Shown piece by piece: positions 18,741 to 26,650 of a stretch of DNA of 64,000 bases (its first letter is position 1; each line of letters opens with the position of its first letter). Both the position numbers and the translations under genes were made by a program. The stretch covers positions 130-64,129 of the forward strand of contig CAZXPK010000002.1 in NCBI GenBank assembly GCA_964642565.1. Direction: 5' to 3'. The notes under the pieces were generated by a model, which did no database searches, was not told the origin of the DNA, and worked only from the letters and a program-made list of their open reading frames with translations. Origin of the DNA: an uncultured Anaerolineaceae bacterium (GTDB taxonomy: Bacteria; Chloroflexota; Anaerolineae; Anaerolineales; UBA4823).

Positions 18741-21536
18741 ATGGATTCCATTGTCGCTCTCGATATTGAAACAACCGGATTGGACCCCCAAAAAGATGCC
18801 ATCATTGAGATTGGAGCAGTACGGTTCACCAGCAAGCGGACTGAAGATGAATGGTCGACATTGATCAATCCTGGCAGGAAGATACCCCCATTTATTACTC
18901 AGCTTACCGGGATCAACGACCATATGGTATTGGAAGCACCCTCCATCCAAAATATCCTGCCTGAATTACGCCATTTCGTTGGGGAATTACCCATCCTCGG
19001 GCATAATGTGGGGTTCGATCTCTCGTTCCTTCGCAAGCATGGACTATTTAGGGAAAATGACATACTTGATACTTATGAGATTGCCTCGGTTTTACTCCCT
19101 TCAGCCGGACGTTATAACTTGGGAGCGCTCGGACAGACCCTTAGCATCCCACTTCCAGCAAGTCATCGAGCTTTAGATGATGCGCGTGTAACCGGTGCAA
19201 TGTATCGATTACTATACGAAATCGGCATGGAATTACCAATTCAGCTACTTGCGGAAATCGTTCGCCTTGGGGAGGGGATCGATTGGGAAGCTTTTGGGTT
19301 CTTCTATGATATCCTTCGTTCCAGGTCGAAAGAGACTATCTCCGCCAGGCAGGTAAGACAGGGATATGGAGGACCCATATTCGAGGGGTACAATGCCAGG
19401 GATCTTAGTGTCTTATCCCCAAACCCACAACAGGTGTCACTCGATCCCGATGAAGTAGCCTCTGCGTTGGAATTAGGCGGTATATTTTCCCGTTATTTTC
19501 CAAATTATGAGTACCGCCCACAGCAAATCGAAATGCTCCGGGCAGTCACCAAGGCACTCTCTGAAAATCAACATCTGCTCGTAGAGGCAGGTACCGGTAC
19601 CGGCAAAAGCATGGCATACCTGTTACCATCCGCACTCTGGGCACTAAAAAATGGCCACCGGGTGGTCATATCCACGAATACGATCAATTTGCAGGATCAA
19701 CTTATAAATAAAGATATACCTGATTTACGTTCAGCGATGGGGATTAATCTTTCTGCGGCAGTCATGAAGGGGCGTTCTAACTATCTCTGCCCACGCCGTC
19801 TGGAAAATATGCGCCGTCGAAACCCTGATAATGCTGATGAAATGCGGGTATTAGCAAAAGTGTTGGTCTGGTTACAATCTACAACCAGCGGCGATCGCAA
19901 CGAGATCAATTTAAACGGACCCATTGAGCGTGATATATGGATGCGATTATCTGCTGAAGATGAGGGTTGTACCAACGAGAATTGCCTAAAGCGTGGGGGC
20001 ATCTGTCCATTTTACCGAGCCCGACAAGCAGCGCTTTCAGCCCATATTTTGGTCGTCAATCATGCTTTGCTGCTTGCTGATGTTGCCACCGGCAACCGCG
20101 TTTTACCAGAATACAATTATTTGATCATCGATGAAGCGCATCATCTAGAAGAGGCTACCACCAATGCTCTAAGCTTTAAAATTACACAATCTATGATTGA
20201 TCGTGTAGTGAGGGAATTGGGTAGTCCGAATTCTGGCGCGTTAGGCAAGTTAATCACAATTTTGGAAGGGAATGTAGCACCATCTGATTTTGCAGCAATC
20301 AATCAGCTTATCCAACAAGCGACTGACCTGGCATTTCGCTTCCAAACCACTACGCAAGGTTTCTTCCATACCATCGATCAATTCCTGCTTGAACAACGTG
20401 AGGGAAATGAAATTGGTATGTACGCTCATCAAGAACGTATCTTACCTGCCACCCGCACCCAACCTGCCTGGGTTGACGTTGAGGTGGCATGGGAGGAGTG
20501 TGAAAACTCTCTCAAGCCGTTAATTGATAATCTGGCGAATATGATTCAAGCTTTGGGTGATATAAAAGAAGGCTTGCCCGAGGAGGAAGATGCTGTTATC
20601 TCGAATCTCAGCAGCTTGTATCGCAGACTGATTGAAATCCAAAATAATCTTGATGGAATGGTATTTGAGCCCAGGCCTGATTCCATATATTGGGTTGAAA
20701 TCCAACCGAATAACAAACTAATGTCACTCAATGCTGCTCCTTTGCACATTGGACCATTGATGCAGAAATATCTTTGGAATGAAAAATCATCCGTGATTCT
20801 CACGTCTGCCACATTGACCGCAGCAGGTGAATTTAATTATCTACGGGGAAGATTAAACGCCGATGGTGCTTATGAGTTATCTGTGGGCTCGCCGTTTGAT
20901 TATGAATCCTCAGTATTGTTGTACATTGCCAATGATATCCCAGAACCTTCAGACCGTGCTGGTCACCAGCGTGCTATTGAGCAGGGTATTCTGAAGTTGT
21001 GCCTTGCCACCGGGGGTAGAGCGCTGGTGCTTTTTACATCGTATGACCAATTAAAACGCACTTCTCGTTCCATCAGCCCTCTTCTGGCGCGTAATGACAT
21101 CCGGGTTTATGAACAAGGAGAGGGCGCTTCAGCCAACACCCTCCTGGAAAGCTTCCGCTCTGATGATCATGCTGTGTTATTGGGAACCAAAGCGTTTTGG
21201 GAAGGTGTGGATGTACCGGGTGAAGCTTTATCGGTCTTGATCATTGTTAAGCTGCCGTTTGATGTGCCTTCAGACCCAATCGTCGCCGCCCGGTCAGAAA
21301 CGTTCGATGACCCGTTCAGCGAATATTCATTACCTGAGGCGATATTACGCTTCCGTCAGGGCTTTGGCCGATTAATCCGCACCCAGTCCGACCGAGGGGT
21401 GGCAGCAATTTTAGACCGGCGAATTATGAGCAAACAATATGGACGCCTGTTCACCGAATCCCTCCCGACCTGCACCACTAAAATTGGCCCAATCAGTGAA
21501 TTACCCCAATTGGCGGTTAAATGGCTTAATTTATAA
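18741..21536 (+). CDS. dinG: Bifunctional DnaQ-like 3'-5' exonuclease / DinG-family (XPD-like) ATP-dependent DNA helicase
   Basis: 931 aa. The N-terminal DEDDh motifs are LDIETTGLD, HNVGFDLSFL and HRALDDA. The helicase motifs are AGTGTGKS and DEAHHLEE. Four Cys residues (CPRRL...GCTNENC...ICPFY) sit in the Fe-S insertion position. Confidence 0.9.
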   Translation: MDSIVALDIETTGLDPQKDAIIEIGAVRFTSKRTEDEWSTLINPGRKIPPFITQLTGINDHMVLEAPSIQNILPELRHFVGELPILGHNVGFDLSFLRKHGLFRENDILDTYEIASVLLPSAGRYNLGALGQTLSIPLPASHRALDDARVTGAMYRLLYEIGMELPIQLLAEIVRLGEGIDWEAFGFFYDILRSRSKETISARQVRQGYGGPIFEGYNARDLSVLSPNPQQVSLDPDEVASALELGGIFSRYFPNYEYRPQQIEMLRAVTKALSENQHLLVEAGTGTGKSMAYLLPSALWALKNGHRVVISTNTINLQDQLINKDIPDLRSAMGINLSAAVMKGRSNYLCPRRLENMRRRNPDNADEMRVLAKVLVWLQSTTSGDRNEINLNGPIERDIWMRLSAEDEGCTNENCLKRGGICPFYRARQAALSAHILVVNHALLLADVATGNRVLPEYNYLIIDEAHHLEEATTNALSFKITQSMIDRVVRELGSPNSGALGKLITILEGNVAPSDFAAINQLIQQATDLAFRFQTTTQGFFHTIDQFLLEQREGNEIGMYAHQERILPATRTQPAWVDVEVAWEECENSLKPLIDNLANMIQALGDIKEGLPEEEDAVISNLSSLYRRLIEIQNNLDGMVFEPRPDSIYWVEIQPNNKLMSLNAAPLHIGPLMQKYLWNEKSSVILTSATLTAAGEFNYLRGRLNADGAYELSVGSPFDYESSVLLYIANDIPEPSDRAGHQRAIEQGILKLCLATGGRALVLFTSYDQLKRTSRSISPLLARNDIRVYEQGEGASANTLLESFRSDDHAVLLGTKAFWEGVDVPGEALSVLIIVKLPFDVPSDPIVAARSETFDDPFSEYSLPEAILRFRQGFGRLIRTQSDRGVAAILDRRIMSKQYGRLFTESLPTCTTKIGPISELPQLAVKWLNL

Positions 21537-21588
21537 GCATTCAGTTAGCTGGTAAATGGGTATATCGATGACCCCCAATTGCTTCGAT

Positions 21589-22173
21589 TTATTCCGCCCT
21601 ATTCATTGACCGGCGATAAAAAATCAATAAAGTGCTACCATAATGTCTTTGGTCGAATTCGACGAGATTGTGAATGGGCATGTCTTCACCAATGGGTTGA
21701 TATTCAATTGGGTGGATTTGAACAATCACCCACGCATCCTCTGATAGCCACCCAATATGAGTATCCAGAGTCTGTAGTGCCCGGCTCCACATTTGCTTGT
21801 ATTGAGGTGGGGCGATATATAGATAATCGAATATATGATTGATAGGACGTTCCAGGAAAGCAAACGCATCCGCTTGTGTCACATGCGCACCTTCTTCAAG
21901 CCCGGTGCTTTTAAGATTTTCGCGGATGATCACGATTGGCTGGCGACTTCGTTCTACAAAACAGACATATTCAGCGCCCCTGCTCAATGCCTCTATGCCT
22001 ACACTACCCGTTCCTGCGAATAAATCCAATAATGCTGCACCCTGAACATCTGGTCCGATAATGTTAAATAAAGCTTCTTTTACTTTATCAGTAATTGGCC
22101 GGGTCGTATCTCCAGGAATGGAACGAATTCTTCTTCCACGTGCTTTTCCCCTAATAATTCGAAGTTCACTCAC
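21589..22173 (-). CDS. rsmD: 16S rRNA (guanine966-N2)-methyltransferase RsmD
   Basis: Carries LRIIRGKARGRRI, LDLFAGTGSVGIEALSRGA and the DPPY-like APPQY motif. The start is placed at GTG 22173, overlapping the upstream stop (GTGAGTGA). The longer ORF to 22302 would run 137 nt into the upstream gene. Confidence 0.85.
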   Translation of the reverse strand: MSELRIIRGKARGRRIRSIPGDTTRPITDKVKEALFNIIGPDVQGAALLDLFAGTGSVGIEALSRGAEYVCFVERSRQPIVIIRENLKSTGLEEGAHVTQADAFAFLERPINHIFDYLYIAPPQYKQMWSRALQTLDTHIGWLSEDAWVIVQIHPIEYQPIGEDMPIHNLVEFDQRHYGSTLLIFYRRSMNRAE

Positions 22174-23182
22174 GCTTGGCAGCCTGTATAGCAGCCACGA
22201 TATTAGCCCTTGGGGTGGTGGTCTGAAGGACGCAACCTGTTCCCAGGATAAAACGCTTACCCTCGGTGGCTTGAATTGCGTCACAAGCTTCGGAATGTAC
22301 ATGTTCCGGGGTGCCTAATTCCATTGTTTGCTCTCGCTGAAGACCCCCACATACTACCCCAGAAAATAATTTCTTCCCATCAGCTAGCATTGGGAATGTC
22401 TCACGGTCATGCCAATTAATCACCTGCACAGGATAATCTATAAAAAGCTTAAACATAACATTTGCTCCGTGCAGGTGAAGCATATTTAGCCATTTTCCAC
22501 TTACCAAATCAAGAACTTCGAGATCAAATTTTCTTCCAAATTGAATATATTCACTTTCGGATAGTAATTGATAATTCCCATGTTGTACCGCATAAAAAAT
22601 ACCTGATATTCCGGTCTTGTTCGCAGCTTCAATAAATCGGCATGTTGTCTCTACGATTGTCTTCAACCCTGCAGTAACTGCCTCGGGATACTGACGTAGA
22701 TGGACCAACAACATCTCACCCCCGATAAGATTTTTTGCCTGCGCTAAAGGACTAAATATTGTCTGTATGACCGGTACATCTGGTCCTAACTCATTATTTA
22801 TTATGTTCAAACAGGTTAATTGATCGCCCAGAGTACCTTTATATGGGTCTAGGACATTCAAGTGAAGCCAATCCTCTGGTGAATTAATAACTCTGTTTAT
22901 ATATTGTCTGGTGCCCTCAGGATTTCCTCGCCACTCATCTTGCGCTCCCCAATCTTTTATACAATATGACGAGGATGGAGTTACTTTAACGAGATCAAAA
23001 TCGAATAATTTCTGGAATTCAAGTATTGCTTGTGCAAGTCCCCCTGGAGTTTGATCATCGACAGGAAAATGCCTCCACAATGCGATGGGTGTTCTGTCTG
23101 GTAATTCCCCATGGAGACAATTCTCGAGCCGTTGTCGATGGGTTATCCGGTATGTTTCCAAATCTCTTTCTCCAGATTCCAA
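22166..23182 (-). CDS. Uroporphyrinogen-decarboxylase-family protein (URO-D/MtaA-CmuA-like, not HemE)
   Basis: 338 aa with the N-terminus LPDRTPIALW typical of URO-D-fold methyltransferase-like proteins. It lacks the HemE PVWxMRQAGR signature. It overlaps the TPR gene by 40 nt. Confidence 0.65.
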   Translation of the reverse strand: MESGERDLETYRITHRQRLENCLHGELPDRTPIALWRHFPVDDQTPGGLAQAILEFQKLFDFDLVKVTPSSSYCIKDWGAQDEWRGNPEGTRQYINRVINSPEDWLHLNVLDPYKGTLGDQLTCLNIINNELGPDVPVIQTIFSPLAQAKNLIGGEMLLVHLRQYPEAVTAGLKTIVETTCRFIEAANKTGISGIFYAVQHGNYQLLSESEYIQFGRKFDLEVLDLVSGKWLNMLHLHGANVMFKLFIDYPVQVINWHDRETFPMLADGKKLFSGVVCGGLQREQTMELGTPEHVHSEACDAIQATEGKRFILGTGCVLQTTTPRANIVAAIQAAKRE

Positions 23183-23547
23183 TCACCTTGAGTCATCTCA
23201 TTGACGTGACCAAGAGCCAAACGTCGAAGCATATCGGATTTGGTCGTTTTTTCATCAGGTATAGCACGAATAAGATTTAATGCCTGTTTAAATGCCGCCA
23301 CAGCATCATCTTTTCTATTCATGGCTTTTAACACCATACCGAGGCTATAAAATGAATCGATATTATTCCCATCCATTGAAATGGCTTTTTTAAAGTCTGC
23401 CTCGGCTTCTGTAAATTGCTTACGCGCATAATAAGCCATTCCTCGTTTTTGAAAATCCTCCACCGTTGATGGCTCTCCCATACTGCTCGGATCGACAGGA
23501 AGAGATTTAACTTTGAAGATTTCCTTCTTCTTAAACAACTTTCTCAT
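23143..23547 (-). CDS. Small TPR-repeat protein
   Basis: 134 aa with two clear TPR units (FQKRGMAYYARKQFTEAEADFKKAISMD / SFYSLGMVLKAMNRKDDAVAAFKQALNL). Confidence 0.7.
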   Translation of the reverse strand: MRKLFKKKEIFKVKSLPVDPSSMGEPSTVEDFQKRGMAYYARKQFTEAEADFKKAISMDGNNIDSFYSLGMVLKAMNRKDDAVAAFKQALNLIRAIPDEKTTKSDMLRRLALGHVNEMTQGDWNLEKEIWKHTG

Positions 23548-23565
23548 TTTGCATCTCTCCTCATA

Positions 23566-24762
23566 TTACGGTGTCATCAAAGTATCATTGACTGCACTCT
23601 TGATTTCTTTTTCTTCATCAGTTTGATCTGTTAAATATTTTTCAATAAATGACGACCTACGCATTCGCAAAGCCATCGGAGCGATTGTTTGAAGATCATC
23701 AGAGCCAACCAGCTTCCTATTATCCAATGCGGCTAATGCTCTACTTCCTTCAAATAGCGTAATCTCTGCTCTTAATGAATCAATTTTCAAGTGCCGAATT
23801 AAATCCAATCCCAGCCTGGATACATTCTCAGGGATTTTCACTTCTGAGAGAATATCTCTAGCTATTTGAACCTCATATTGGGCGGCGCTCGTCTCATCAC
23901 TATATTCTAGCATTACTTGACGAGGATTAGAAATGTATGCCTGGACTCTTTTATATGCTTCCATACGCATATTGATGTCTTCCAGGCCTTTGACGACAAT
24001 ACGTAATCCAAAACGATCCATAATTTGTGGACGAAGCCGTCCTTCTTCTGGATTCATGGTACCTATCAAAACAAACCGTGATCGGTACGTAGCAGCAATA
24101 GATCCACGCTTAACGGTGTAAGATCCATAGGCAGCTGCATCTAATATGGCGTCCAATACTTCGTCTGATAATAAATTTACTTCGTCCACAAGTAATAAAT
24201 TGCGATCAGCATGGGCTAAAATTCCGCGATGTAATCTTAGACGTTCATGGTCAGTTGGATTTTCATCTGTAATGCCGACCACGTCTTCAATCCGGGCGTT
24301 CAACGGCAGCTCGACTAATCGAATCTTATCCATTGCAGCCAAAGGCTCACCCCTGGCAAACTTTTTAGCACAATTCGGGCATACCGCGTCGATGCCGCCG
24401 GTTTCAATATCTTCCGGAAGACATCCGTAATAGCATAAACTTCTCTGTACTTCAGGAACTAAATCGACCAAGCCTCGGATCGCAGTGGTTTTTCCTGTAC
24501 CTCGGGGACCAATAAGCAAGACACCACCGATTGCTGGATTAATCAAGGCAAGTAGAAGAGCATATTTCATCTCCACCTGCCCAACCATGGCAAGAAATGG
24601 AAAAGGCAGCACTTCGGCCAGACCACTATCTTGCTGTACCTGAGATTCACCCAATCTTTTCCCAGAGACGTGATCAAGAAGATCCTTCAAAGAGCGAAAT
24701 GTGCCTTCGTCCTTAGGAAGATTATTGGATCCTTTTAATTGTTCCGTGCTATCGTCTGACAT
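23566..24762 (-). CDS. BchI/ChlI-type AAA+ ATPase (chelatase I-subunit homologue) with a Cys4 insertion
   Basis: 398 aa, collinear with BchI. Shared motifs are PFPFLAMVGQVEMKYALLLALINPAIGGVLLIGPRGTGKTT, Walker B LLLVDEVNLL, NPEEGRLRPQIMDRFGL and RAEITLFEGSRALAAL. The insertion is CYYGC...CPNC. No D (vWA) or H/CobN subunit is present in the window. Confidence 0.85.
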   Translation of the reverse strand: MSDDSTEQLKGSNNLPKDEGTFRSLKDLLDHVSGKRLGESQVQQDSGLAEVLPFPFLAMVGQVEMKYALLLALINPAIGGVLLIGPRGTGKTTAIRGLVDLVPEVQRSLCYYGCLPEDIETGGIDAVCPNCAKKFARGEPLAAMDKIRLVELPLNARIEDVVGITDENPTDHERLRLHRGILAHADRNLLLVDEVNLLSDEVLDAILDAAAYGSYTVKRGSIAATYRSRFVLIGTMNPEEGRLRPQIMDRFGLRIVVKGLEDINMRMEAYKRVQAYISNPRQVMLEYSDETSAAQYEVQIARDILSEVKIPENVSRLGLDLIRHLKIDSLRAEITLFEGSRALAALDNRKLVGSDDLQTIAPMALRMRRSSFIEKYLTDQTDEEKEIKSAVNDTLMTP

Positions 24763-24780
24763 AAGGCTGCTCTATCAGAA

Positions 24781-25161
24781 TCAATCCATATCCTCGCGTA
24801 ATTCACCAAAGTCGACCGGCGGAAGTAAATCAGGTCTATCCAACAATACATCCACTTCACCAAATGTCAACTCTGACATCATGGGCGGTAGGGGCGAGCG
24901 TGCAGGCGGGTTAATTTTTAGTGTAAAAGGAGGAATTATATCAATCCTGGGTCTGGTATAACCGTCTGCTAATTTTCGTAAAATCCTGGGGCCATCTGCC
25001 AACCAGCCAACATAATGTCCGTGAGTAGAATATATAAATCGGTCAGAGGAGATCCAGCCGATCCATTCGCCGTCACAGCTGAAAATATATGGGTAGGCTA
25101 AAAAAGCTGCAATATCACCTGAGGTTGTATATATGGGAACAAGGGCGTTATTCGTAGGCAT
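24781..25161 (-). CDS. Small hypothetical protein with repeated beta-hairpin motif (4-fold beta-flower-like) and a Pro-rich/acidic tail
   Basis: 126 aa with three repeats of the pattern [IF]-[YF]-x3-G-x2-[IVA]-[AG]-[FW]-[LI]: PIYTTSGDIAAFL, YIFSCDGEWIGWI and FIYSTHGHYVGWL. The family assignment is from memory of this repeat pattern only. Confidence 0.45.
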   Translation of the reverse strand: MPTNNALVPIYTTSGDIAAFLAYPYIFSCDGEWIGWISSDRFIYSTHGHYVGWLADGPRILRKLADGYTRPRIDIIPPFTLKINPPARSPLPPMMSELTFGEVDVLLDRPDLLPPVDFGELREDMD

Positions 25162-25226
25162 AAATCACTCTCCCAAGATTATACACATAACATTACATTA
25201 TATATATATTTTTTTATTGAATTTCA

Positions 25227-25688
25227 TCATTGTACATCGCTATAGGTCCAATAGCGATTTACGAAAAAATTCCAAAATAGAACAATAGTTACTGCAATAG
25301 CCAAAGTGACATTTTCGCCCAAAGCATCTGGAGGGAGAAAGAAATAACGATTTGGTACCAAGTAAAACATTTTCGTCATTTCTGGCTCCAAAAATCTCAA
25401 GATTGGTATTCGGATTGCCAATCCAATTACGTTTACCAGAGCAAATTGAAATAGCTGCCTTACAATTGGTTTGGAACGTGAATCTGGGTAGGTCCAGATA
25501 CGGTTCCAAAAAAAGTTACTTAATATTGCACAGATGAAGGAAATAGCCCCTGACCATACATAAGGAAGGCCAAATACGCGATGTAATAGATTTTCTATCC
25601 CAAAATCGACGACTGCGCCAACCACACCTACGGCAAGAAATCGAAAAAAACGTGTCCGCTCACGTGGATTTAGTAATATGCTCGTCAT
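25227..25688 (-). CDS. GtrA-family membrane protein
   Basis: Carries [22 protein letters not shown] and the C-terminal FFVNRYWTY, with four TM helices. The start at ATG 25688 overlaps the upstream stop (ATGA). Confidence 0.8.
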   Translation of the reverse strand: MTSILLNPRERTRFFRFLAVGVVGAVVDFGIENLLHRVFGLPYVWSGAISFICAILSNFFWNRIWTYPDSRSKPIVRQLFQFALVNVIGLAIRIPILRFLEPEMTKMFYLVPNRYFFLPPDALGENVTLAIAVTIVLFWNFFVNRYWTYSDVQ

Positions 25689-26647
25689 CCTAATCCAAGC
25701 TTTTGACGAAAATAAGGGATAGTTTTGAGCAATCCATCTTCCAAGCTGAATTTTGGCTCCCATCCGAGGATTGTACGGGCACGTGTGATATCAGGTCGTC
25801 GGCGTTGTGGGTCACTCTCCAGCCGGTCTCCAGCTATAAATGCGATCCCGGCCTGATTGCCAACAAGCTTGTTTATCTTTTCTGCAAATTCGAGGATGGT
25901 GAGTTCGACAGGATTTCCGATATTCACAGGTAAATGCTCATCCGATAGCAACAACCTGACAATACCCTCGACAAGGTCATCCACATAACAAAAACTGCGG
26001 GTCTGTTTACCATCACCATAGACAGTTAACGGTTCGCCCCGCAAAGCCTGTTGAATAAAATTCGGGACCACTCTGCCATCGTCAAGGTGCATCCTTGGTC
26101 CATAGGTGTTAAATATACGAACTATACGGGTATCAATTGCATGAAATCGATGGTATGCCATAGTTAATGCTTCTGCAAAGCGTTTGGCTTCATCATACAC
26201 AGAACGAGTACCAATCGGGTCGACATGACCCCAATAGCTCTCGGTTTGTGGATGTTCCAAAGGATCTCCATAGATCTCACTGGTACTGGCTAATAAAAAC
26301 CTGGCATTATTCGTCCTGGCCAGACCGAGGGTATTATGAGTTCCTAAAGCACCAGCTTTCATAGTCTGAATGGGTAAATTCACATATCCATAAGGAGATT
26401 TGGGGTTCGGGCTCGCGGGAGAGGCGAAGTGTAAAACTGCGTCCACTTTACCGGGAACAAAAATAAAATCGGAAACATCATGCCTGATGAACGAAAATCT
26501 CGGATTACCCGAAAAGTGAGCTATATTCTCAGGGCTTCCGGTAATGAAGTTATCCATCCCGACTACTTCGTTGCCATCTGCTAAAAGGCGCTCGCATAAA
26601 TGTGATCCCAAAAAGCCCGCTGCTCCCGTGATCAATATCATCATCAC
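25685..26647 (-). CDS. UDP-glucuronate decarboxylase (UDP-xylose synthase), SDR family
   Basis: 320 aa with Rossmann motif [14 protein letters not shown] and catalytic STSEIYG and YDEAK. It is collinear with UXS enzymes. Confidence 0.88.
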   Translation of the reverse strand: MMMILITGAAGFLGSHLCERLLADGNEVVGMDNFITGSPENIAHFSGNPRFSFIRHDVSDFIFVPGKVDAVLHFASPASPNPKSPYGYVNLPIQTMKAGALGTHNTLGLARTNNARFLLASTSEIYGDPLEHPQTESYWGHVDPIGTRSVYDEAKRFAEALTMAYHRFHAIDTRIVRIFNTYGPRMHLDDGRVVPNFIQQALRGEPLTVYGDGKQTRSFCYVDDLVEGIVRLLLSDEHLPVNIGNPVELTILEFAEKINKLVGNQAGIAFIAGDRLESDPQRRRPDITRARTILGWEPKFSLEDGLLKTIPYFRQKLGLG

Positions 26648-26650
26648 AAC

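Noticed and set aside
22174-22302. Longer RsmD ORF starting at 22302
   Set aside because: It would overlap the upstream URO-D-like gene by 137 nt. The conserved RsmD N-terminus (LRIIRGKARGR) begins at the GTG at 22173, which overlaps the upstream stop in a coupling arrangement.
23566-24762. The BchI/ChlI homologue taken as evidence for (bacterio)chlorophyll biosynthesis or phototrophy
   Set aside because: No bchD/bchH or any other photosynthesis gene is present in the window. Cys-containing ChlI homologues also occur in non-phototrophs alongside cobalt/nickel chelatases. The context here is unrelated.
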